DNA of 64,000 bases from Strigamia acuminata. Taxonomy: Eukaryota. The translations under genes and the position numbers were made by a program. How positions within the stretch are numbered: position 1 is the stretch's first letter; every line of letters starts with the position of its first letter. The notes below the pieces were generated by a model. The model was not told the DNA's origin, made no database searches, and worked only from the letters and a program-made list of their open reading frames with translations. The DNA is taken from NCBI GenBank assembly GCA_949358305.1, contig OX442314.1:1426001-1490000 (forward strand). The letters are read 5' to 3'. This document shows, piece by piece, positions 38,010 to 48,892 of this stretch.

Positions 38010-39769
38010 CTGTAGAGAAGGAATAAATTAAATTAAATTGAATTAAATCGAAGCGCGAGCGCGGTAAAACCGAAAGAAGAAGGGGTGGAGGTGAGGAAAA
38101 GAGACCGAAGGACGAGCGAGAGGGGGGCGCTATAGTTTCACCGCACGACTCGTTGCACTATACGAATTGCCCCGAAACAAACGCCTATTTATTTCTTTAT
38201 TTTTTTTTATTTATTCATTCATTCGTTAATCTCGTCCACTCGTTAAGTTTTATCAAATTCGTTAAACTCGTTCGTCCATTCGTCAAATTGGTCGTTTCGT
38301 CTAGCGACGAGAACAACGGCGACGCTAACGTTTACGCGAGTAACTCGGTGAGTTCGTGCATTCTGCGCACGCAAAACGCGAACGCGGCCAATTGACAAAA
38401 TAACATTTTACAAGTAATGGTTTAATAATTTACCTCCGTGTGCGAAGCGCGTGTCGCGTCCATTGTGTCTGTCTGTCTGATTTTGGCGAATGAACCGACG
38501 CGACGCCCGGTGATAACAATGGCGATAATGACACGCGACGTAGCATACTTCTAGCTAAACAACAATAATAATAATAATTCATTAAAAAAATAAAATGAAA
38601 TAGAATAATTAAATAAACAAACAAAATAATAAATAGATAAATAAATAAATAAATAAATAAATAAGTCGAAAATAAATAAACTAGCGGCGGGACGGGCCGA
38701 GGTCAGAGATTTTGCTCCGTTCTCACGTCTGTCTATTCCGGGTAGAGGGAGGGAGCGAACGGGCGCGCGCCGGACATCGCTCGGAATTAAAAAACGGGTA
38801 ACGGGGGAAGACAGACAGTCGAAATTTGATTCCCCGGTCGTGGAATCGACTCCGCGACCCGTGCTTTAACGGTTAATTGGATTATCTTCGTCGTGACTTA
38901 TCGGGATAAAAATTTTATAGAAAATCGGCCGTATCGTATTTTATTTTCATCTTCCGAGGGTCTCGCGTCGTCGTTGTGGACGGGAGTCTTCCCGAACACG
39001 TTCGACGGGCTTCGCGAATGCTTTCAGATCGGACGCGGAACTCGGGCCCGCCGCTCGGTCGAGCGGCGCCAGTACCCGCCGAGCGGCGCGGTATCCGATC
39101 AAATAACTCCCTTGCTTCGTCACGGTCTCGGACTGGCCTTCGGGCCGGTCAAAATAACAAATAAATGAATAAATCGAAAATAGAACGCCCCCGTCCCGGC
39201 GAGACTAGGGGCGGGTGGCGTCGTTGAGCGGCGGCAGCGGCGGCGGTAGCCCCGACGACTCGCCCCGAAAATAAGCTCCCGCACCAGCATTCCTTCGTCC
39301 GTCTAAACCTCGCAGCGCGTGCGGTCGCGTGCATTCTACTCGTGTCCGGTGTGGCGATCGGTACAGAGTAAAAAAAAGATCACCCGAAAAAGAAAGACGA
39401 TTAAAGTTTTAATTCTCCGGTCGTGGAACCGACTTTGCGGTTCGTGCTTTAACCGTTAATTAGGTTATCTTCGTCGCGACTCGTCGTAATAAAAATTTCA
39501 CAGAAAATCAGCCGTTTCGTATTTTATTTTCATCTTCCGGGGGTCTCGCGCCGTCGTTGTGGACGGGAGTCTTCCCGAACACGTTCGACGGGTTTTGCCG
39601 ACACTTTCAGATCGAATGCGGAACTCGGGCCCGTCGCTCGGTCGAGCGGCGCCAGTACCCGCCGAGCGGCACGGTATCCGATACCCGTCTTTTTTAAACC
39701 TCCCTTGCTTCGTCGGTCTCAGACTGGCCTTCGGGTCGGTCAAAATAAATAAATAAATAAATAAATGAA

Positions 39770-39820
<51 letters not shown>

Positions 39821-42625
39821 GTAGGTCGGGAAATAGAACGCGTTCGTCCCGGCGAATAGTGGCAGCTGGGGTCGTCGAGTGAGTGGCGGCGGCAGCGGCA
39901 ACCTCGATGACTCGCCCCGAAAATAAAGTCCCGCGTCGGCATCCCTTCGTGCGTCCTTCGTCCGTCTAATCCTCGCAGCGCGTGCGGTCGCGTGCATTCT
40001 ACTCGTGTCCGATGTAGCGACCGGTACGAGGTAAAAAAAATATCACACGAAAAAGAAAGACGATTAAAATTTTAATTCTCCGGTTGTGGAACCGACTTCG
40101 CGGTTCGTGCTTTAATCGTTAATTAGATTATCGTCGTCGCAATTTATCGGAATAAAATTTTTACGGAAAATTGACATTTCCGTATTTCATTTTCATCTTT
40201 CGGGGGTCTTGCGCCGTCATAATCGGAGCGAGTCTCGCTCGATGCGTTCGACGGACTTTGTGGGAGTTTCCAGATCGCCAGCGGAACGAGGGGCCGTGGC
40301 TCGTCCGAGCGGCGCAGTACCCGTCGAGTGGCGCGGTACCCGAGTTCTTGCATCCAACGGTGGACACATCTTTGTCGAGAGCACCTCTCGGTCTCAGACC
40401 GGCCTTCGGGCCGGTCAAAAAAAATAAACAAATAAATAAATAAATAAATAAATAAACGAGTCGGCGAATAAAGGCGGTTGGGGTCGCTGGACGGTGGCGG
40501 TGGTGGTGGCAGCGGCAACCCCGACGACTCGTCGCAAAAGATAAGCTCCCGCGCCGGCATCCGTTTGCTCGTCTAAACCTCGCAGTGCGCGTGCGGTCGC
40601 GTGCATTCTACTCGTGTCCGATGTGGCGATCGGCATAGATCACCCGAAAAAGGAAAGACGATTAAAATTTTAATTCTCCGGTCGTGGCACCGACTTTGCG
40701 GCTCGTGCTTTAACCGTTAATTAGGTTATCTTCGTCGTAATTCGTTGGAATAAAATTTTTATAGAAAATCAGCCGTTATGCATTTTATTTTCATCTTCCG
40801 GGGGTCTCGTGCCGTCGTAGTAGGCGTTAGTTTCAATCATCGCGTTCTACGGATTTTGAGGGGATCCTCAGATCGAGACCAAAGTGAGAGGGCCGTCGCC
40901 CCCGTCTCGTGCGCCGCTCGATCCCCGTTGGATGACAAGATGGCATTCGCCTCTCCCACCCGAGGATCGGTCGGTGGTGCGGTATTTATGCTTGTGCACC
41001 AAATGGGTGGTCGACAGGTCCCCAATCGGTCTCGGGCTCAGACTGGCCTTCGGGCCGGTCAAAATAACAAATAAATGAATAAATCGGAAATAGAACGCTC
41101 CCGTCCCGGCGAGACTAGGGGCGGGTGGCGTCGTTGAGCGGCGGCAGCGGCGGCGGTAGCCCCGACGACTCGCCCCGAAAAAAGGCTCCCGCACCGGCAT
41201 TTCTTCGTCCGTCTAAACCTCGCAGCGCGCGTGCGGTCGCGTGCATTCTACTCGTGTCCGGTGTGGCGATCGGTACGGGGTAAAAAAAAAATATTACACG
41301 CAAAAGGAAAGACGATTAAAATTTTAGTTCTCCGGTCGTGGAACCGACTTTGCGGTTCGTGCTTTAACCGTTAATTAGGTTATCTTCGTCGCAACTCGTC
41401 GTAATAAAAATTTCACAGAAAATCAGCCGTTTCGTATTTTATTTTCATCTCACGGTGGTCTGGCGCCGTCATAGTCGACGGAAGTCTCTCCGAACACGTT
41501 CAACGGGCTTCACGAACGCTTTCAGATCGAATGCGGAACTCGGGCCCGCCGCTTGGTCGAGCGGCGCAGTACCCGCCGAGCGGCGTGGTAGCCGGGTTCT
41601 CGCGTATGGCGATAGGGGGTCCTTTCTAAACAAACACCTCTCTCGGTCTCAGACTGGCCTTCGGGTCGGTCAAAATAATAAATAAATGAATCGGAAATAG
41701 AACGCACCCGTTCTCGCTCGGTCTACCGGCGAATGGGAGCAGTTGGGGCCGTTGAGCGGCGACGACAGCAGCCCTAACGACTCGTCCCGAAAATAAGTTT
41801 CCGCACCGACATCCGTTCGCTTATTTAAACCCCATGACGCGCGCGTGGTTGCCTGCATTTTTCGGCTTGTTTCGACACGTTTCGACGTCGACGCGCGACC
41901 GTGAGCAAAGTCCTCAGCAACATATGGACATGAGTGTGTCTTTGCTCGCGATCTACGCGTTTGAGCGCGTTACGACGCGCGATAATGCACGTGATGCGAT
42001 GGGGGTGAGCGCGACACGGGCTTTTGGCGCGGGCGTCGGTAATGATGTCCGTCAACGTGGATGAATGTCCGCGAAGTGTTTGGTGTTTATGGCAACGCAC
42101 CAGGACGCAATTAACAACCAACAAGAATTAAAAATATAACTGTTTAACAAAAAGAAACTCCTATAATGTTGAAACAATAAAGAAAACGCAAAATTCAGAT
42201 TCAAATTTAGATTTGAATTAGGTCAGATTAGGCCAGGTTGTAGATCCACAGACTCTCGAGACGACAACAAGAAAATAAAAAGGATGCGTTTATCGTTTGT
42301 AGGTAGAATCTCGCGCCGAGTTAAATAAAAGTCTTTAAAAAATAGAAATCGATTTCCCGGTCGTAGAATTAATTTTGTGTCATGTGATCCAGTCATTAAT
42401 TAGATTTTCGTGGTAGATGTTGCGTGAAACAAGATCGTGAACGTCTCAATTGGTTTACGATTTAAATTTCATCTCGCAATACACGCTGCACCAACGTAGT
42501 CGACGCGAGTTTATATCACTGCACTCGATGGGTTTTGTGAGCATTTTTAGACCAATCGATCGTACAGCTTGTTTGCTAGTCTTCCTTTCGAGGTCAGTAG
42601 TTAACTCTTTGCACTCAATCTGTAC

Positions 42626-45600
42626 TGTCGCATACCGACATTGTTGATTATACACATTATCAAATACCATTGTATCCGATTTCACAATATTGAACAATTA
42701 CTTGGTTGTCAGGCTCACAACCCTGACAACCAAATTGTTATTACCTTTTCCGAATATTAAATAAACAGTCTGACTCAAAATCTCTTTCAAGAAACATCTC
42801 ACTAATGCCATGCCCAAAGACATGGCATTCTATTTCGGCCCCAAATCTTCAAGTATAAATCTATAAGTGGATCACACATACAGATCACACATTGGCGTCG
42901 TGATCGTTTCGAATTTGTGTTTTGACAATTCATCTGGCCTGAAAGATAAGTGTTTTTGCGCCATATTATCGTGAAATAAATTCACTTATGCCTTTTATCA
43001 GTTTTGGAATGCGTATTCGACTGTAGTGTAAAGACTTTCATCAACATGGCAGTTGTGGATTCCGCACGATTCACCAAGAGCGCAGAAGCAAACCATTGAC
43101 GGCGAACATTCGGGACGTCGTCTGCTAATTTTTCCAGTTTCGCGAACGTCAGTCGAACGTCGCTTCACCGCCTTTCAATGCGAACGTCGGTCGAACGTCG
43201 CTTCACCGCCTACCAACGCGAACGTTGGTCGAACGTCGTTTCATCGCCTTCCAACGCCAACGTCGATCGAGCATCGATTCGCCGCCTGTGAGTCCGACGC
43301 GAACGTCGGTTGAACATTGTATCACTGCACGAAATTGGATCCACCGCCGCTTTGCTCGAATGCTCCGTCGAATCGGGACCACAGGCATCTCAACGCCGGA
43401 TGAACGTCGTTTTTTCTTGGTTATCTTCAGAATGCAGATAAGACTTTTGAATTTATTGTGTATTAATTTTCACTCGTGTCATTGATGAGGTTGGACGATG
43501 CGCAGTTCCAAGGCTTAGTGCCCATTGCACCCACGTCTTCCAAATGAGTCTTCACCAGTGGTCAGCGGCGATTTTTTGCATCACATCATCTTAAATCCTG
43601 GCGGACCCCACCGAGGATAACAAGGTGGTCATGACTCTTCCCCCGGCGGCCCCTGCCGGTTCTGTTCCACCAGCTTTATTGGGAATTCCCGTGCCTTTCG
43701 TGGGCTCCACTGCGGAGGATTGGGCACTCTATTTAGAGCATTTTGAGCAGTTGGTCTCTCTCAATGACATTCCTGCCTCAAAAAAGCGTGCTTTTCTTCT
43801 CTCAGTGGTTGGTGCACCTACATACCAACTAGCCCACAATTTATTTGCACCAAGCAAGCTCTCTAGCCAGACTTTCCTCGACATCACCAAGAAACTCCAG
43901 GAACATTTCACCCCTGCACCGAGGCCAGTGGTTCAGCGTCACTTGCTGGGTTCCCGCGTGCGTGCGCCAGATGAATCGATGAGCAACTACATCGCGGCAT
44001 TGCGGGGCCTGGCGGAAAGGACTGGCGCCACGACAACGGATCAGATCGAGCAGCTGGTCCTTGACCAATTAATCAGGGGAGTCGGTGTCGAGCAGCTCCG
44101 CCAGAAGCTACTTGGTGAAGAAAACCTGACCTTGGACAAGGCCTCATCAATGGCCATAGGTTTTCAGGCTGCCACTCAGGGCAACGCCATTTATAAGTCT
44201 TCCGCAACCGTTCCGATGCAACATTTTTCTGCAAACCACCCCCCCCAAGCAGCACTTTTCCAGCTTCAGACCACCGCCTCATCGAATCAGCAACCATCTA
44301 GGCCCAGGCTTCCATTCGCCAAATCAAGTGGCAGGTCCCCACGACAAGGGTTTCAGGACGGCTCCCGAATGCCCGCGCAAGCAGCTGGACCACCAATGCG
44401 TCCAATGCAGCCTTCTGGGTCCAGGGCGTTGTGTAACGGATGCGGTCAGACACATGCTCGATCGGTCTGCCCTTTTCAGACCGCCGTGTGCCGCACGTGT
44501 GGCCGCACTGGACACATCGCTGCTGTTTGCAGAAATGGACAGCCATCGCCGCAGAACCTTCTCCGTGCCACACGATTTGGCCCTGGACAATCCACAACAC
44601 CCCAAGCCACTGGGACTTTTGGTCGCCGACCGTCGCCGCCTCCTCGTTTTCGTCAGCTGACCTCACCTATGAATTACGTGGCCGCACAGCCGATGTTGGG
44701 TCAGCAGTGGACAGTTGACGGGCCCCTCGACTTTCAGCATTCATCTATTGGCCAACCTGTGTCATCTGGGCCGCTTTCCAACGTGGTTAGCGGTCAGAAC
44801 TCTAATGTCCCGCCATCAATTTTTTCACCCGCACCTATTTTAAATAATGCCAATGTCAATCAGGTATATGCTAACGAACCTGGCCTAAATCCGGATTACT
44901 CACTATATTACCTCAAGAGTGACAAATGTCTACTCCCACCCATAGTGGTTGAGGCTCATGTTAATCATATTCTTCTCTATTTTCAGTTGGATACGGGGTC
45001 CGAGTACACCGTTATGGGATCAGATGCTTTGGCTTCCATCGAGCAACACAGTAACCAGGTGGTAAGGCGGTACCCTCCCGCGATTAATTTATTCGCGTAC
45101 CCCCACGTTTCGATTCCTTTGCTGGGGATAGCTATGATGACAGTCACCGTCCAGGCCACCACAGTTAGGATGCCCATAGTGGTTACTCGTGACCCTGGTC
45201 CACCCGTCATGGGACGCGATTCAATCGCACGTTTTGGTTTAATACCGGGGTTGGCATATGCCTTTGACGATGCATTGTGCATTAGCTCGTTAATTCATCA
45301 AGATGGCGAGAGCTTATCATCAATTGCACTTCATTTGACTGCTCTTTCGAGCGCCATACATAGCGTTTCACCTCAGGTTGGTCCCAACATTTTTAATTTA
45401 TCGAAGGTCGAGTCGGCCTCCCTTCCTCAGTCTCCCGATGCAATTGCGCATTACATTATGCAAAAATACGATGCAGTTTTCCAGCCTGGTATTGGGACTT
45501 ACACAGGCCCCCCGGTTGATTTGCATGTTCAGCCGGGGACGCGCCCGTTGTTCTTTCGCCCGAGACCTATCCCACATGCCAAGCGACCTTTGGTTGACCT

Positions 45601-48600
45601 GGCAATTGACCAATTGATTAGCCAGGGGGTTTTTCGGCCCATTCAGCATTCTGAGTGGGCCACCCCATTGGTTGTTGTTACAAAGGCCAATGGGGGTTTG
45701 CGTTTGTGTGGGGATTATAGAGCTACCGTTAATCGATTTATTCTCCCTGATCCCTACCCCTTGCCATTGGTCGCTGACCTGTTAGCCGGGCTGGCCAACG
45801 CAAAGTATTTTACACTCTTAGACTTGAGGCAGGCTTATCAACAAATACCACTAACCGTCCGCTCATCGTTGCTGGTGGCGGTCAACACCCATCGAGGTCT
45901 TATGGCGGTTACGCGCTTGCCTTCCGGCACCGCACCGTCTTCCGGAATTTTCCAGCGCATAGTGGATGGAATTTTTCGGGGTGTGCCCTGGGTTTCCGTC
46001 TATCAAGACGACATACTAGTGGCGACCCCAACCCTGGAATTACATCTCCACACTCTAGTCCTAGTGTTCGACAAACTTGCCAACAAGGGCTTGCGAGTTT
46101 CGCATGACAAGTGTCAATTGGTGAAAACAAGTGTCCAATATTTGGGCCATTTCTTGACACAGCAGGGCATCACCCCTGCCCTTTCTAAGGTGCAGGCTGT
46201 GCTAAATTGCCCTTCACCTACAACTGTCACCACACTCAAGTCCTTTCTTGGCATGGTCGTATACTATGCCTCCTACGTTCCGCGCATGGCCCACCTCTCC
46301 GCTCCCCTCTACGCGCTTTTGCAGAAGGAAGCGGAATGGGTGTGGGGCCCTAAGCAACAGGCGGCTTTTCAACAGCTAAAAGACATTTTAGCTTCGCCAG
46401 AGGTTCTCACCTACTATGATTTGACCAAACCACTATTGTTAATTTGTGATGCATCCCCTTATGGCCTTGGAGCCGTCCTTGCACACAAATTTAGTGATGG
46501 CTCAGAGCGTCCTGTTGCGTATGCGTCGCGTACCTTGTCTTCAGCTGAGCAGAATTATGCTCAGTTGGACAAGGAGGCAGCGGCTATTGTGTTCGGGTTA
46601 AAGAAATTCCATAGCCACTTGTCTGGCACTTTCGTTTCCATATTTACCGATCATAAGCCCCTCCTTGGCATACTGGGACCTGATAAACCCATCCCAAATA
46701 TCATCAGCCCTAGGCTCTTGAGGTGGGCGTTGTTGTTAAGCACCTACCATTATGCCTTGATATATAGACCCGGTGCTCAGCTGAGAGAGGCGGATGCTTT
46801 GAGTCGTCTTCCATTGCCCGCCCCAGATGTGCCGGCGGCTGAGTTTGATGCCGCTTACCCTACCGACATCCGAATGTTGTCTGCGTCTGGCTCCGCATAT
46901 ATTACCAGGGAACGTTTGGTTCAGGCCACTTTGGCCGACCCCCTTCTCCAGTCTTTGGCGTCTTACGTCACCGCTTCTTGGCCCGCTTTGCGTCCTGCTG
47001 CTGTTCCGTCACCTTATTGGCAGCGCAGGCAAATGATGTCTCTTGCGCACCAGCTCCTTTTTGTGAACGACCGTGTCATTGTGCCACTGTTCCTGGTCCC
47101 GGATTTGCTTCAATCCCTGCATTTCCATCATGTGGGAATTGTGGCGATGAAGCGCCGGGCCAGGCCTTTTGTTTGGTGGCCCGACATGTCTCGTCATATC
47201 GAGCAATTCGTGGCGCAGTGTCATCCCTGCCAACAAACGCGTCCCCTGTCTCCCCGCGCGCCACTGGTGTCTTGGCCGGCCCCTGACGGCCCCTGGGATA
47301 GGATTCACGCCGATTTGGCCGGGCCTCTCCACGGCACTATGTTTTTGGTCGTGGTTGATGCGTTTTCTGCCTGGATAGAGGTTGCGGCCATGCGGACTAC
47401 CGTATCCGCTGCCATCATTACGGTTTTACGGCGACTTTTTGCCACCCACGGGTTGCCTCGGGTCCTGGTCACGGACAATGGTCCCCAGTTTAGCTCCGCC
47501 GAGATGGGGGAGTTCACCCGGGCCAATCATGTTAAGCATTTGTTTTCTCCACCGTACAGCCCTTGGTCTAATGGTCAAGCCGAGCGTGCTGTGCGGTGGA
47601 CAAAGGAGCAGTTATCTCGTGCCTCATCCAATAGATGGGACTTGGTCATTCCTCGTATCTTGATGACCCAACACGCCACTCCTTCTAGACTGGACGGGGT
47701 CTCTCCATCCGTTCGCCTTTTTAATCGCCAAATTGCCGATGTGTGGCATCAGTTGGTTCGGTCTTGGGCGGTCGCGACCCACCTCCGGTCGCCTGGGGCG
47801 GTTGTGCCTTCAGCTTTGCGCCTCCCTATTGGGGCGCCTGTCTGGTATCGAGTTTTTCTCGCGCGCTCGTTCAAGTGGGCTAGGGGTTCAGTGATTGCTG
47901 TGCGGGGTGAAGTGGTATATGAGATTCGTACCGACTCCGGGGAGGTCATCATTCGACATTTAAACCATTTGCGCAAATTTCAGGGGGAAACCCTCAGCCT
48001 CCCCTCCACCTTAACCCCGGCAACCACAGCGCCTCCCTCTACGCGCGCCCTACCAGCCATTCTCTTACCATCTAATACCTTGGCCCCCCATGGTGGTGCC
48101 GCGATAGATTTTGCTGCGAGACCCCGGCCTACTGTTTTACCTGCAACTCAGGCATCTGTTTCCAGCTCACCACTTTCATCTGCTTTCACTTCACCTCATA
48201 CCTCGGCAGGAAACTCTTCAGGAAATTTATCTGCTGAACTACATCTTTCATCCAGTTCCACCCCCCCTAATTCACCTCATGAATCACCTTTATCTCCATC
48301 AATTCGACCCTCATCATCATTAGTTAGACTAATATTAGATGCCGATCGTCAAGCTCCTACATTTCCGGATCAAATGGTCAGCGGGTCTGGACCATCATCG
48401 CAGGTCGCGACAGTCTCCACACCTGTACCTGTCCAGCCCACTTCATCTGTTCTGCTTGATCCGGCTTTGCTTACACAGCGCCTGCGTGCCATACTGCAAA
48501 AAGACCAGCAGCCTCCAGCTCAGCCCACCGGTCCACCTGACACCACATCATTGCGCAGATCTGAGAGGCTCAAACAACTACCTGGACACCCGAAGCAGAA

Positions 48601-48892
48601 TGTGCCTAAACAATAGGGGGGAAGGGTGTCGCATACCGACATTGTTGATTATACACATTATCAAATACCATTGTATCCGATTTCACAATATTGAACAATT
48701 ACTTGGTTGTCAGGCTCACAACCCTGACAACCAAATTGTTATTACCTTTTCCGAATATTAAATAAACAGTCTGACTCAAAATCTCTTTCAAGAAACATCT
48801 CACTAATGCCATGCCCAAAGACATGGCATTCTATTTCGGCCCCAAATCTTCAAGTATAAATCTATAAGTGGATCACACATACAGATCACACA
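42626..48892 (+). mobile_element. Full-length Ty3/Gypsy (Mag-like) LTR retrotransposon
   Basis: 266-bp LTRs at 42626-42891 and 48627-48892 (TG...CA, identical by eye), 5-bp TSD TGTAC, PBS-like TGGCGTC after the 5' LTR, PPT AGGGGGGAAGGG. Confidence 0.97.
43631..48616 (+). CDS. gag-pol: Single gag-pol polyprotein (gag, CCHC knuckles, protease, RT, RNase H, integrase)
   Basis: CRTCGRTGHIAAVC, LDTGS, YQDD, CDASPYG, VVDAFS...TDNGPQF...AERAV; uninterrupted ORF. Confidence 0.96.
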   Translation: MTLPPAAPAGSVPPALLGIPVPFVGSTAEDWALYLEHFEQLVSLNDIPASKKRAFLLSVVGAPTYQLAHNLFAPSKLSSQTFLDITKKLQEHFTPAPRPVVQRHLLGSRVRAPDESMSNYIAALRGLAERTGATTTDQIEQLVLDQLIRGVGVEQLRQKLLGEENLTLDKASSMAIGFQAATQGNAIYKSSATVPMQHFSANHPPQAALFQLQTTASSNQQPSRPRLPFAKSSGRSPRQGFQDGSRMPAQAAGPPMRPMQPSGSRALCNGCGQTHARSVCPFQTAVCRTCGRTGHIAAVCRNGQPSPQNLLRATRFGPGQSTTPQATGTFGRRPSPPPRFRQLTSPMNYVAAQPMLGQQWTVDGPLDFQHSSIGQPVSSGPLSNVVSGQNSNVPPSIFSPAPILNNANVNQVYANEPGLNPDYSLYYLKSDKCLLPPIVVEAHVNHILLYFQLDTGSEYTVMGSDALASIEQHSNQVVRRYPPAINLFAYPHVSIPLLGIAMMTVTVQATTVRMPIVVTRDPGPPVMGRDSIARFGLIPGLAYAFDDALCISSLIHQDGESLSSIALHLTALSSAIHSVSPQVGPNIFNLSKVESASLPQSPDAIAHYIMQKYDAVFQPGIGTYTGPPVDLHVQPGTRPLFFRPRPIPHAKRPLVDLAIDQLISQGVFRPIQHSEWATPLVVVTKANGGLRLCGDYRATVNRFILPDPYPLPLVADLLAGLANAKYFTLLDLRQAYQQIPLTVRSSLLVAVNTHRGLMAVTRLPSGTAPSSGIFQRIVDGIFRGVPWVSVYQDDILVATPTLELHLHTLVLVFDKLANKGLRVSHDKCQLVKTSVQYLGHFLTQQGITPALSKVQAVLNCPSPTTVTTLKSFLGMVVYYASYVPRMAHLSAPLYALLQKEAEWVWGPKQQAAFQQLKDILASPEVLTYYDLTKPLLLICDASPYGLGAVLAHKFSDGSERPVAYASRTLSSAEQNYAQLDKEAAAIVFGLKKFHSHLSGTFVSIFTDHKPLLGILGPDKPIPNIISPRLLRWALLLSTYHYALIYRPGAQLREADALSRLPLPAPDVPAAEFDAAYPTDIRMLSASGSAYITRERLVQATLADPLLQSLASYVTASWPALRPAAVPSPYWQRRQMMSLAHQLLFVNDRVIVPLFLVPDLLQSLHFHHVGIVAMKRRARPFVWWPDMSRHIEQFVAQCHPCQQTRPLSPRAPLVSWPAPDGPWDRIHADLAGPLHGTMFLVVVDAFSAWIEVAAMRTTVSAAIITVLRRLFATHGLPRVLVTDNGPQFSSAEMGEFTRANHVKHLFSPPYSPWSNGQAERAVRWTKEQLSRASSNRWDLVIPRILMTQHATPSRLDGVSPSVRLFNRQIADVWHQLVRSWAVATHLRSPGAVVPSALRLPIGAPVWYRVFLARSFKWARGSVIAVRGEVVYEIRTDSGEVIIRHLNHLRKFQGETLSLPSTLTPATTAPPSTRALPAILLPSNTLAPHGGAAIDFAARPRPTVLPATQASVSSSPLSSAFTSPHTSAGNSSGNLSAELHLSSSSTPPNSPHESPLSPSIRPSSSLVRLILDADRQAPTFPDQMVSGSGPSSQVATVSTPVPVQPTSSVLLDPALLTQRLRAILQKDQQPPAQPTGPPDTTSLRRSERLKQLPGHPKQNVPKQ

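Noticed and set aside
39110..39122. U6 snRNA 5' similarity (CTTGCTTCG)
   Set aside because: Only 9 nt, in three units, with no ACAGAGA box or other U6 sequence.
39505..39545. Hammerhead ribozyme/retrozyme on the minus strand (CCGGAAGATG...CGAAAC)
   Set aside because: The core reads CGGAAGA rather than CUGANGA, stem II is not formed, and GAAA is not kept in several units.
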